From positions 66,216,001 through 66,280,000 of the forward strand of contig NC_092356.1 of assembly GCF_963676685.1 (NCBI RefSeq): a DNA stretch of 64,000 bases. The letters are read 5' to 3'. Below the pieces are notes generated by a model. That model was not told the DNA's origin and did no database searches. It was given only the letters and a program-made list of their open reading frames with translations. The stretch is from Mytilus edulis (Eukaryota). The translations under genes and the position numbers were made by a program. Within the stretch, counting starts at the first letter, position 1; each line of letters begins with the position of its first letter. Shown in pieces: positions 25,531-38,900 of this stretch.

Positions 25531-28500
25531 TAAGAAATGGAAAATTACTGAATACTAAACTTGTTCAAAGGGTATCTACACGTCTCAATCTTCAAAATCG
25601 GTTATCTAAAAATACTACCATCGCTAACATTTTTAACAATAAAAATCGTGGTTACCCTTCTATCGATAAGTGTCATGCCAAAAAATGACTTACATGTCCT
25701 CGTCTTTCCACCAACAATACGGCAAGGTCCACGTTTAATGGTCGCACATTTTCTGTAAATTTTGAAACTGATATAACTTGACAAACAAACAGTATTATTT
25801 ATTTACTCACATGAAACAAACCGGGGTGTGGTATTCAGTATGTAGGAGAAACTGGACAATATTTATTTAAACGCACTCAAGAACATCTGTATCGTTTTAA
25901 AAGACCAAATAAATTCAAAAGTATCATTTATCGACACCTTAAGAAGCACAACCATCCTTTTAAATATTTAGCAGTTCAACCTTTAGAAGTAGTAAATAAG
26001 CACCCTGGTGAATCGCATTCAAAGTTTGTACAATCACGGTAAATAATTGAATTAAATTGGATTAAAAAATTACAGACAGTTTATCATCTTGGTCTAAATG
26101 ATAATATCATGGGAATTGGTAATATATCTAGAACCAATTCCGTTAACATTTTGGATATAGTTTCTAAAACTGTTCTTAAAAAACGTTCTCACGGTCGGAG
26201 AACAAATCGCAATCAAAGAAAATTTCGGTCCAATCATACCAATATTTCGGACCTAATTTCTATTTCAAAAAACATTATCTGTTAACATAACTCTGTTAGT
26301 TACCGGTTAATAAGTTAATTAAAGTTTTGGAGGATTGCAACACAATTTCATATAGCAGTCCTAAGTATGAAATTGTTCAAATTATTATGGCATATTGTTA
26401 TTCTAAATTATTTCCCAAAATTGATCGCCCTGAAGATTATAAAAAACATTTTATTAAAATTAGGTATGTCAATTTTGTAAATATTGCCGGTATATTTAAC
26501 GACCATTCTGTTAAAGAACAAATTCCTGGATATTTTGACAATACTGAGCTACCTCTTATTTGTTATATTTACAAGAAATCTACCCGGAAATTTGTGTTTA
26601 ATTATAGTCAATTTTGTAAAGATGTTAATATCAGTGAAAATACACCTGCTTCATGTAATTGCAGTAATTCCGAATATATTTATGGACCCATTTCCCATGT
26701 TATAACAGGAGATCTTAACATCGTTCAAGACCGAGAGTTAAAATCATTCCTCAGTAAAGGACATAAATAACGTCCCCCGACAATTATTAATTGGAATGAG
26801 TGTCGTAATATCATCCACGACTCACTCCATACTTACTGTATGAAATGGATAAAACGGGAAAAAGCTGACAAAAAATCTTTGGACTCTTTTTTTAATTCAG
26901 TAATGAAGATAGTTGATATACGCATTCAACATTTAAAGAACATTTTACTATTAACAATAACCACAATAAACCTATTTCTTGTATCAAACATAAACTAAAA
27001 GAACAGGCCAAGGAATTTGTTTTTGTCCCGGCCGATAAAGCTGCTAATAATATTATTATTGTTTGACGTAAATTTTACATTCAGGTTCTGAAAAAGGAAA
27101 TCACCAATTCACCAACATTCCAACTGACTCCATTTTCAGAAAACGAAATCTGTAACGAACATAAACTTTTAGCCACCGCTTTACAAGCAGAGCCAACTAC
27201 AATGAAAGTCCCAACTATGTATTGGCTTCCGAAGCTACACAAAACCCCTTACAAATATAGATTTATTTCGTCTTCAAGCCATTGTTCAACTACTAAATTG
27301 TCTATTCTTCTTACCAGCTTATATTGGTGATTTTGAATCTGTTCAAAGTTTTGATTTTTCTACCCTGTATACCACATTGCCTCACATTCTCATTAAGAAA
27401 AAATTCACACACCTAATTAAATGGGCATTCAAAAAATCAGAATGTGAATATATATATTCAAACTCTTTTAGGTTATTTTTTAGTAGCAATAAACAAAAAA
27501 AAACTATATTAATTGGACATGCTTTGATACTATATATGCCCTTGAATTTTTACTAGATAACATTTTTGTTCGCTTTGGGGATTCCGTATATCGTTAGATT
27601 ATCGGAATTCCAATGGGGACTAACTGTGCACCACTTATTACGGACCTATTTTTGTATTGTTATGGGTTACAATTTATGACAAAAATAAGCAAAGACCCAT
27701 CGAAACAACATCTGATAAACAAATTTAATAATACTTTTAGATATTTGGATGATATTTTGTCTCTCAATAATGACGACTTCAGTATGTATATTAATGAAAT
27801 TTATCCTGTTGAACTTACTTTAAATAAAGCTAATACTAACAATGACCACTGCCCTTTTCTCGATCTTGATATCTATATCACTAATGGAAAGCTGAATACT
27901 AAAATTTATGATAAAAGGGATGATTTTTCATTTCCTCTTACGGTGTTTATATATCTCAACTTGTACGATTCGCTCGTGTATGTAACAATGTTTTAGATTT
28001 TAACGAGAGAAATTTATGTATTACTGAAAAATTATTACACCAGGGTTTTCGATATCACAAACTAGTCAAAACATTTACTAAATTTTATCATCGGTATAAA
28101 GACATCATTCGTAAATATAGCTCAACATGCAGACTTCTAATACGTTCAGGTATTTCACATCCAATTTTTTATGGAAATATACTTTATAAAGCACACAGGT
28201 GTCAGTATTCACCTCAGAAACTTACGATACTGTTGTCAAGTCATTAAAGATTGCATATTTTGGCGTTAATATTGAGTCACTGATAAGGTCTTTGCATCGG
28301 AACTAAACACATTTATTATAAAAACAGTTGTTGGCGTGACACGGGTTATGTTCTTCTCATATATGTTATGATGGTATGATACTAAACCCTTAACGGGAAG
28401 GATTATGCCTGATGTTCATATGATGAAACCATAATCTTTCAGTCAGTTTAATTGAAGTCTGAAGCTGGCATGTCAGTTAACTGCTAGTAGTCTGTTGTTA

Positions 28501-28944
28501 TTTATGTATTATTGTCATTTTGTTTATTTTCTTTGGTTACATTTTCTGACATCAGACTCGGACGTCTCTTGAACTGAATTTTTATGTGCGTATTGTTATG
28601 CATTTACTTTTCTACATTGGTTAGAGGTATAGGGGGAGGGTTGAGATCTCACAAACATGTTTAACCCCGCCGCATTTTTGCGCCTGTCCCAAGTCAGGAG
28701 CCTCTGGCCTTTGTTAGTCTTGTATTATTTTAATTTTAGTTTCTTGTGTACAATTTGGAAATTAGTATGGCGTTCATTATCACTGGACTAGTATATATTT
28801 GTTTAGGGGCCAGCTGAAGGACGCCTCCGGGTGCGGGAATTTCTCGCTACATTGAAGACCTGTTGGTGACCCTCTGCTATTGTTTTTTATTTGGTCGGGT
28901 TGTTGTCTCTTTGACACATTCCCCATTTCCATTCTCAATTTTAT
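25531..28944 (+). mobile_element. Penelope-like retroelement, Naiad type (N-terminal GIY-YIG, then RT); degenerate copy of a putative selenoprotein-encoding element
   Basis: GIY-YIG motifs IIYLLT*NKPGCGIQYVGETG..KRTQEH..ELNWIKKLQTVYHLGLND precede RT motifs VPADKAANN, YWLPKLHK, FDFSTLYT, GIPMGTNCAP, FRYLDDI, KIYDKRDDF. Boundaries are set by the empty paralogous site at ~34215-34240. Contains frameshifts, a TAA at 26040 and an internal deletion near 27318. Confidence 0.9.
28357..28423 (+). promoter_or_regulatory. SECIS element (type II shape) downstream of the Naiad ORF
   Basis: Helix I tcatat/atatga; core ATGAT (28368-72) opposite TGAT (28410-13); helix II ggtatgat/attatgcc; unpaired AAA (28384-86); apical mini-stem ccc/ggg. 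Confidence 0.8.
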
Positions 28945-29611
28945 TTTCACCAATATACCCCTACCCAATAATATAAATTTTTTTTAAAGTTCTTCAAGAT
29001 TCCTCGTAGTAATTACAAATTCGATATATTATTTGAATTGGTTAATCAATATACTACGTTGCTAGAATAGCCCTGAAACGATTTACTGTAAAGCATATCA
29101 ATATATCTGGTTTATGACTATATACCACTGAAAATGTCTCATTCAGTAACGGGGTCAACGAGTGTTGATTTAACTTCAATTATATAATTAAGCCAAAATT
29201 TACATGTTTGTTTATGGCAAAAAAAGTGCTAAACATTGCTGTGGAATACAATTTTGAAAAAAAAAATTACATAAAAGGATTGAGTGTTTCAGTGCTGAAT
29301 TGAAACAATTAACAAAAATCAAATATCCGATAACAGATTATCCTTGCTTCTAAAATCCGAATGCTTAATCCATCTTTACAATAATATAGAAAGGTGTTCT
29401 GTCATCTCTGTCATGATTTCTGATGATTTATAACCATGCATATTTGTCAGACCATTTGACTGAACTGCGTGAAAACTTTTAGGATTCAATATATACATGA
29501 GTCAAAACATTGACTGTACTATATATAGTGTGTAACTTTTGACAGTTTGTTGTCTTCACATGAACCAATTTAAAATATGTTTTACGTAGTATTTCGATTA
29601 TATAAATTTAG

Positions 29612-29719
29612 ACTATCCCAAGAATCAGCCGCTATGAAGAGGAAAGTTACCGAACTAGCGGACAAGAACGACAAACTGAACACAGAAATAAGAGAAAGAA
29701 AACAACATGAATTAACAAA
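29612..29719 (+). CDS. TRIM-like gene coiled-coil exon B2 (108 nt)
   Basis: aatttag|A..AA|gtaggt; phase 2-2; LSQESAAMKRKVTELADKNDKLNTEIRERKQHELT. The ~70 nt of intron upstream is homologous to that of B1. Confidence 0.8.
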
Positions 29720-30148
29720 GTAGGTCATAAAGTGTTTTCATTGACTTGAATGAGTATATCAGATATCTGTGTACAAGATGTGTCATTTTTTTCATACATA
29801 TAAAGGGGCGTATGTAAAGTATTTGTGGTGATACCAAAACCCGTTGAAACTTTTCTATTGGCCACATTGAAGACGACCGGGTTTTCTAACAAACTGTCAG
29901 GTTTTTCATACAGAATGTGAATTTAAACAAGGGCTTTCATAGGCTTGAACACTGACCAAACTGGTCTCTAAATGTCACTGTAACTCAACGACTGTCAATA
30001 TGATATATTAAAAATAAGTAACAAAATATATCAATATGTTTATCAAAATAAAATCAATCATTTTTGTGATGAGAACCATTTACCCATTATCCTTACAATA
30101 TTAAGATAAATTAAGGAGTTATTTAATTCTTTATAACTTTGTCTTTAG

Positions 30149-33100
30149 TAATAGTAAAAGTTCAATGATAAGTTAATATTGATATTAAAAGGCCTCCGAA
30201 CAAAAAGGGATGGACAGATCCCCGAGCCCGAAGGGCGAGGGGATTTGAACAGCCCTTTTTGTGAGGAGGTCTTTTAATGTCAATATTAAATTAATCATTG
30301 AACTTTTACTGACTTACAAACCGTCAAAAATATATGAAAAGTACATAAAAAGCACTTGCAGAAACCTAATTCCCCTGAACTGGAAGAGTCTAAATACGTT
30401 TAACTAATATGATAGTTAAACAGTACTCAGACTGGTATATACAATTAACAGTTACCAAATTGAAATGAAAACGGACCAATTTAATGGAATTACATCATAT
30501 AATTATTTATTTATGATAAAAAAAATTAGCATCTAAATAACACCAGATGATAGTTTTACAAAATTAGGGGGTAAATTTATATTTGTTAGCCAACTTTTCA
30601 AAATAACGATTTCTTATTTAAAAATCGGCAATCAAAACCCCCGTACAGACCTCATTTACCTCACTGACCAATGAATATTATACCCAACAACTTCATGCTA
30701 TATATACTTGATGTTTTTGATCTGTCAGTAATCATGAAATACATATAGAATCGTTAAGATCAGACCTTAGAAAACAGTAAGTAAACTCTTCCAACAATTA
30801 GCTTTTTAAAAGCTTGTTTAAGAACTTTTAATCGGACAGTCCTAGATGCATAAGGTCCTTCACAATATTCATCCGGCAAATGTTCCTTTTGTTTCTGATT
30901 TGGTAATTTTCCTACATTAAGATACATGCGAATGCAAAATAATTAGTGTCCAATCAATTAATAGGTCTTGCTTTATTTGTGTGTGTGTGGTTTTTTTTTT
31001 AAATAAGAACTATGCATGCAAACTTCAATGAATAAAACCGTATTGAACTAGGTTTCGCTGTCCTGATCAAAACGTGTTGGGTGAGATATATTCGCAAGTT
31101 CAATATATTATATGAAAACAAACACTTTAATTTAGTCGTCCGTTATTCCCTTTTCGTGTCTAAATGAAGCAAAAACGCCTGAAAAAAACTTATCTTTCTT
31201 AGTTTTATCCTTGCCTGACAGAAAAAATCATATGTTATAAATCGCATTCAAACATTAGATAAGAACAATAGTAAAAAAATATCTAAAACTTTTGAATAAG
31301 CAGTCATTTATGTGATAAACTGAAGAGACCCCCCTCCCCCCCAAAAAAAAAGAAAAGAAAAGAAAACAACATAAAAATGAAAATGAAAATTGTGAATTAT
31401 AGCGTTTTACAAGATCTTGTCTTTGTGTGCCAAGTACTAGTACTGTAACAGAGATATTAATCAAATTGATTGATTGTTGTTTGCTTTACGTCCAGTAGCA
31501 AATATTTCATGCCTGTTAATGACTATAACACATAAATTTTAAATACAATAGGTAGGTCGTACAATAGGTGCAAGAGTTTTTAATTTGTTTCATAAAATCT
31601 ACCCTGAAGTCGATCATCCATGTTTACGTGTAGTTTACAATATTATTTCACGCATCCAATTTAGGTTAGATACTTTTAGCTCGCTTTAGTAACTGTGAGA
31701 ATTCTGTGTATTGTACCTTATTTTTTGGTATGATATTCTGTACTACCGATCACTACCGATCACCTGGTTGGTCTCGTGTGGGGGCGTTCGCCTCGAGAGC
31801 GGGAGGTCATTATATTTGTTCAAATCCCGAACGGGTCAAACAAAGACGTTAATTAAATTGGTATTATATTTCAATGCTTAACACGTGGCATCATAAAGTA
31901 AGAGCACAGACTGGCCGTCTCAGCGTCGGAAATGTGTCCTGGTCGGTTGACTTTTCTTCCTGCGAACTAATATCTTGTGAACTTACACGATAAAAAAAAG
32001 ACTCAGCTTGTCAGTCTAGTAAAAAACGGGGTTAATGCTCTTATTATATTTCACGTAATCGTCCTGAATATTAATTTTATTCGCCGCTGGTCGTCATCCA
32101 TTATCATTATTAATTTTACCGTTTTATTATACAGTGAAGTGTTGGGATTATTATCTTTCACGGTAAATAATTATAGTAAATCAAATGTGCCTTTTCGGAT
32201 ATATAATATTTGACGGAAAATATTGAATTAACTCCGTATAACTATTATTTAGTCATGGGTCGGTTTTGAGCTTATTATTCTGTACACGGAATGTTCTATA
32301 TAAAAAAAAAAGACCGAATGTTAACTCTAAATATTTTTATTTATCTGTGTCTTTTCTGTCGCATTAATGTATACCTTTATCTCCTTTTATTCAAAACCAT
32401 TGTTTGCTTGGGTATAGAAATATTTACATCTCTAGACCTCTCCCGTTTCACAGTATACCCTTGCTAAATGGGTGCGTTCGTTTGGCTTATTGGTTATAAA
32501 AATACGCAGCTTTGTCCAATCAAAATATAATAGTAATGTATATCAGATGCCTGGTGCAGTGAGAATTCCAAGCTATCTTAACCTTAAAAAAAACATTAGA
32601 GGAAAAGATGATCTACACACGAGTTGAATGATTGAAATGTGTAAACAACAAGAAAAGTCAGCTTAATCTTTTTAAATAATTATAAGTCGCATGGCTGATT
32701 TTAACAACATTTTTGTGACTTTTGTTAGAACATTAGTAGATGAAAAAAGGATATAACAAAACCGATTAGCAAGACAATATTAAAAAAATGAAACGCTCAA
32801 AATAAGTTGAATCTTTTTTATAAATTGTTGTCAACATTTTTTATCCTTTTTTCCCCTTTTATGACAACTATTATACCAGTCTGAGATATAAATAAACTTC
32901 AAACAGCAAATGTTGTCACCTAGACGAGGGAGCCGTCATTGTATGCTTCCATATATAAGTTATTGCCACTAAATGAAGATTATTTTTCTGATGTAGTCCC
33001 TCCCCTGTTAGTTTTGCTGGAAATTATACAAGGTAACCCCTGATGTGTACTACGACAACGTTTTTTTAATATTAAAAAAAAAGATTAAATGCAAAGAGAA

Positions 33101-33928
33101 AAATGATGGAAGAAATGCTAAGATTTACGCATAAAAATTCAAATGTAAATAAAAAATGAAATATATAAAAATTGGAAAACTGTTTGAGACAATAATCACC
33201 GAGGACAAATTATTATAAATCACTAAATGAAGCTGATTAATTTATTTCTCCTTTGTGTCCAGTAGCAAATATGTCATGCATATTCACGACTAGATTCAAA
33301 GTGGATCAATTTGAAGCAAATGTTCACAAATTTAGAGTGGCACTTTTTACAATAAGGCAGAGCGTTCGCTAGAGGTAAAACGTATGCCGTAATAGAATAG
33401 ATTTGAACAATAATGATCGAACTCGTAAGTTATAAAGCCCCCCCCCCTTCCTTTTTTTTCTCCACGATAGACGAATGTCATATACAAAACGTCATGAATT
33501 TACAAACAATAACGGCCACTATAAGTAAATGAGATATGGACTTTTTTATAAATTAATTCCTATTGCAGCCAACATAACAGGTTATTTATTTCCACAAAAT
33601 ACCGCCTGATTATTGATCGAAGATATTTAAGCAACCAAAAGCACTTTGAATCAAACAAATTCTTGAAATGGTAAATTAAGGTATTTTGCTGGGTGTTTTT
33701 CCCAATCCTATTTCGGGACCCCTGATTTTAAGAGGGCGTATCTAATTAGTCATGCCCGATTAACTTTTATTGAATTGAACTTCAACTTAAAGACCTACAT
33801 CGGGTAAATAAGTTCGAGGTACAATAAGTAGACAATAGAAATCCTTTGTGAAATAAGATCGTCCCAGGTATCTTAGAAAATAAATTTGCGTTGAATAACA
33901 ATGAAAAATGCACGAGCAGGTTTGTAAG
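30149..33928. mobile_element. ~3.8-kb insertion with a long terminal hairpin and asymmetric inverted repeat (Helitron2/Helentron-like, unclassified)
   Basis: Absent from the paralogous intron segment (gtctttag|aactaaaaacat at ~25383-25402). Hairpin at 30152-30310; cttacaaacc at ~30313 is the inverse of ggtttgtaag at ~33919. Confidence 0.55.
31754..32050 (+). mobile_element. Degenerate tRNA-derived SINE (Meta/V-SINE-like)
   Basis: tRNA-like head (gttcgcctcgagagcgggaggtc..gttcaaatccc) followed by gggtcaaacaaagac..aaattggtat..aagagcacagactgg, which resembles mollusc SINE central domains as I recall them. Confidence 0.5.
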
Positions 33929-34407
33929 AACTTAAAACATAAAAAGTTGATACCATATCATAAGAGAAAAAATGCAGTCTAGTTTGAGTGAAATTATTCA
34001 TTCATCCGACATGCAAATCAGGATGGCATCTGTAAATCTTGCGATGCGGCGACATCAATTGGTCATTAAGATAACAATAGTTTCATAGTTTCCTTAAGCT
34101 TGTTTACAGCAATTCTCAATTTACGAACTGAGATGGGAATTTGAACTTGGATGATAAAAAAGGAACCACGACAAAAAGACAAACAGTGGTCTGCAAAACA
34201 TAAAACAGAAGCGTAAGGTGACCTTTTCGTCAATATACCCCCCTTATGATATATTAGTTTTGATTTAAGACCTACAAGAGTACTCGTATTAATTTCAAAT
34301 TAGTTATATATATATTTTGATTAAGTTTATCAATATACAACGTTTCTAGATTAGCTCTGAAACGACTTACTGTAAATTTACTAATTAACAAATTTGTTTA
34401 TATTCAG

Positions 34408-34500
34408 TCTGAAAGAGCAGGATAAGACAGTTGTCAGACTCACAGAAGGCATGGATGCACTTAAAGACCAACTCAAAGAAAAACAAGAACAAATATCAAA
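34408..34500 (+). CDS. TRIM-like gene coiled-coil exon A3 (93 nt)
   Basis: tatattcag|T..AA|gtaagc; phase 2-2; LKEQDKTVVRLTEGMDALKDQLKEKQEQIS; near-identical to A2. Confidence 0.85.
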
Positions 34501-34589
34501 GTAAGCCAGTGTAACTTGTGGTCAATTATGTAAGTGGTCTTACTTAATAAATGATATAATATATTAAGGAATCAATAGTACATATCGGC

Positions 34590-35520
34590 ATAAGGTCATA
34601 TGTTAAAAGATGTCCCCTCCTGGCGGCCATCCTGGTTGATGAATTTGCTACAAAGTTACAACATTTGGTCAGCTCCTCATACAGAACATTCGTGTTATGT
34701 TTGGTTATAATCCATTTAGTGGGTCTCAAAAAGAAAACATGTTTATGTATTGCACATAAGGTCCCATGTTAAACTAAGTCCCCTTTGGCGGCCAACTTAG
34801 ATGATGAATCGGATCTAAAGTAATACTCTTGGTAAGCACCTCAAACAGAACATTCGTATTATGTTTGGTTTCATTCCATTCAGTGGATCTCGTAAAGAAG
34901 ACATTTGTATGCATTTTCAATAGTGTTCAATGTGACAAGAAGTACACTGCTGAGTATCATCTTGTATGATGGATCAGCTCTATAGTAACAACACTTGGTA
35001 AGCACCTCATAACAATCATTTATGCAATGATTTGATTCATACCATTTAGTGGTTCTCTAAAATAAGTTATTTGTATGTATTGTTCAAAGGGTCCTTTTTT
35101 AAACTAAGTTCCCCTTTGGTGGCCATCTTAGATGATGAATCGGCTCTAAAGTAATACCACTTGGTAAACACTTCATACAGAACATTCGTGCCATGTTTGG
35201 TTTCCTTCCATTCAGTGGATCTCTTAAATAAGACATTTGTATGTATTGTCCTTAGGGTTCAATGTTACAAGAAGTTCCCTGCAGAGGACCATCTTGAATG
35301 ATGGATCAGCCGTAAAGTAACAACACTTGGTAGCACCTCATAAGGCACATTCATGTCATGTTTGGTTGCAGTGGTTCTCTAAAATAAGTTATTTTTATGT
35401 ATTGTCCAAAGAGTCCTATGTTTAACGAAGCCCCCAACCCGCTTGGATAAAGGATCAGCAACAAACACTTGGTCATCACCTCACAACGAACCTTTATACT
35501 ATTATTTGAGTGGTTCTGTA
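34590..35520. repeat. Tandem array of ~165-bp satellite-like units (~6 copies), probably the core of a Helentron-associated non-autonomous element
   Basis: Recurring ggccatctt..gatg(a/g)atc(g/a)gct..aaagtaa..cacttggtaagcacctcat..atgtttggtt..ccatt(c/t)agtgg units, followed by a gacgacga/agac microsatellite at ~35541-35585. Confidence 0.75.
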
Positions 35521-35988
35521 GAAGACTTTCCAAATATTAAACGACGATGACGACGACGAATGAAGACAGACAGAGACGACGACAGAGGCTCAAAACCCAA
35601 ATTATACAAATGTGATGACCAGTCTGTAAAATGGTTTTTTTAATAATACTTCTCTCAGAGAATGCAAAAAGGTTCAGTGTCTTTTTGTTTTTCGAATGTG
35701 CAAGTACACGGCCACGTCCACCTATTTGTAGTATTTCTATTTTTATTGAACTGATGAGTTACGCCTTTTTCAACTGATTTTTATAGTTTGTTTTTATGTT
35801 TTACTGTTACACCACTGTCCAAGGTTAGGAGAGATTTAGGCTACATTCTCTACGTATGTGCCTGTCCCAATTAGGGAGCCTGATTATTTAGTGGTTATCG
35901 TTTGCTTATGTGTTACACATTTGGTTTTGGTTATTTTTTTTGTACAAAATTAGATCGTTGGTTATCTCGCTTGAATCGTTTTACATTG

Positions 35989-38900
35989 TAGTCTAGTCAA
36001 TTTAGTGAACAACCTGCAACTAATTGCAACACAAGGTTTTTCTCTGAAAAACAAGTCTGTTACTATCTATAAACAACATACTAAAACTATACAAAAATAT
36101 ATTTTGCGGAAAGTGGTTTAATTCACGAAAATATGTTGTAGTAAAAGTAAGGTAATATGAGTAACTTCCCCTTATTTGCCAAAATTGAAAAAAAAAAATT
36201 ATACAAAAAAAGATCTGTATTTTTTTAAAACAGTTCAAGTAATACAATACTATGCATAATTATCTCAATTCAAAAGAATAATATTACAAATGCATCATTT
36301 TCCTTTCTCAAAATTTGTATATTTAAATAAAGATATAGACCAAGATTGTGTTCTCCTATTTTACAATTCGAAGATCTAATTCTCCACAATAGTGATGGTA
36401 TGTAACCTATAACAGAAGACTATTTTGAGTTAGATTAACCAACATATTCACAATCTTACTAGGTTTTTGGAAGAAATCTACCCCTGTGTTTCAGTTTATT
36501 TTACTTGGGGGAGGTGTTCTCGAAACACATGTCTTTGGCCATTTAAAATTAAATTTTTTTGCAAGACTAAATTTGGAAATTCAAACTTTTCAATTTATTT
36601 TTTTACCAGAACTTTCGCATGTTTTGAAAGAAAACATGTTTTTTCTTTTCTTCTTGAAAAAACATGTTAAGATTTAGAATTGAACAATGTTTTTCAGAAA
36701 AAAAAGGTTGTATGTTAGAATGAAAATTCCAGGCTCCTGAAGCAAATAATAAACTACTCATGTAATTAGCGACGATCTCAATACTTGCACACCATATAAA
36801 TAGAGCTTTGGTTGTAGCACTTAACCCACAAGGGTGCAAGTTCCATACCAGGAAGGTCGCCTCCCAAAACATCAATATAATATATAATAATAACACTGAA
36901 CCCACTTTTCACTGGTTTCTAATCGGATGTGTACAGATTTATATTTTAGTCGGTGCCAAGAGTATTTATTCATCAACTGTAATTAGCTTTGAACTAGCTA
37001 TTATAACTCAGTGTAATTTTTTTAATTGGTTTAGTATATACTCTGTGCTGACTTTTTTGAGTTGAGCCCTTTCCATCTGAGTTTTACTATTTGCACTTAT
37101 GTTGTTTTCTATTTCACAACTGTTCCTTACTATGAGAGGGCTGAGTGCATGCTCGAACATGTTTATCCCTGCACACTATGAATATAAGTACAAGTAAGTG
37201 GCCCTTGAGTACATGGTTGTTCTTGTTTGCTGTCTGTCATATTTATTTTTCTATTCATTGTCTTAATAGTTTAATATTTTAACGATGAGCTATTTTAGTC
37301 GTTAACATCCGCACACTCATCATTATTATCTCTTGTGGACATTTTTGTCATTGCCAATCATACAACATCTTATGTTTTTAGCATGTAAAATTTTACAATA
37401 AATCATGGTTTCAAACATAATACCAAGAGATCACTGATAAAGTTTAGTGGACCTTAAAAGCTAAACATTTATGTTTGTTAGGCATTAGGTGTATTTTATT
37501 TGAATATTTTTTCAATTTCGTTCAAATGAGAAATATCTGAATAATTATGAATAAAGTGAGGTTTTAGATTTTTAAAGTCAATTAGAAAGCAACCTAAACA
37601 ACTAACAAAAATTTCAGATTAGACAGGACTATCTTTGGCCATAAGTCGACAACATTTTTACTGTTCTTATGCTTAAGCTTATTTCCTTTTAAATTAATTT
37701 AACGAGATATCTTAAAGAAAGAACTTGATAATGCTTTTCTTTATATACATATATATCTTTGACCATAATATTTCATACCGCAGACAACCCATGTTAGTTC
37801 TTTGTCATTATCAATTGATTAATGTTTCAGACCACCCCAAACAGGTTTACAGGGTACACACAAAAGGCGCTGCAGGGGCGGATTCAGCCATTTAAAAAAG
37901 GGGGGTTCCCAACCCAGGACAAAAAGGGGGAGGGGTTCCAACTATATGTCCCCATTCAAATGCATTGATCAGTCAAAAAAGGGGGTTCCAACCCCCGGAC
38001 CCCCCTGGATCTACCAATGCGCTGTTACTATTAACACTTCTTCCTGGAAGTGATCACATCAATTCATTCAACAGTCGGCTTATCTCAATTTTAACATCTA
38101 AAATTTGACAACTTTGGTACAATTGCTTTTAAATTTAAGCTCTTGATGTAAAATTATAATGATATTGACAAAGCTTCTCTTGAAATTGCCTTTTCTACAT
38201 TTCATGCAGATTCAGTGAACTAGTGTATGTTCCAAAAAATTAAAAAGCTTACATATCTGAAATTAAACCTGAATATTGATAAAGCTTGCTAAGTAAAATT
38301 GGTCTGTGTTTAACTGTGACTTTATGCAATTCAAATGTTGAAAAAGAAGCTGATGAAAAAAATTCACAAAAAAAGACTACAATCAATGACGATGCAAAGA
38401 CACTAGAAAAATATCTCTTCCAACAATTAACATGACAAATTCAATTTAGGCAGTAACCAAACTGATTCACGGTTATTTTTAACACAATCATAATTTTTGG
38501 TTAAGTATACCAACATATTTAATTACTATAAATACATAACAGTTATATAGGATAACAATTTCAAACTTCCACAAAATGCACTTCCTTAAAACTGAACTCT
38601 ACTGTGTGTTTATTTATTCTACATTGTCTAGAGAAACTATGGGAGGGTTGAGTTCTCACACAACATGTTTTTCTCCCAGCCGCATTATTACTCTTATCCC
38701 AAGTCAGGAACCCCTAGCCTAAGTTTGTCTTGCGTTTATGGTTTTTGTTGTTGATAATTTTGGTTCATGTGTATGTATTGAAGTTTCAAGAGTGGTTTCC
38801 ATTTCGCTGAACTATTGTACACAATAATAAAGGGGGTCAGCTGAAGCCCACCTTCGTGTGCCGGATTTACGTACTATGTTGGAGACCGATAAAAGGGGCC

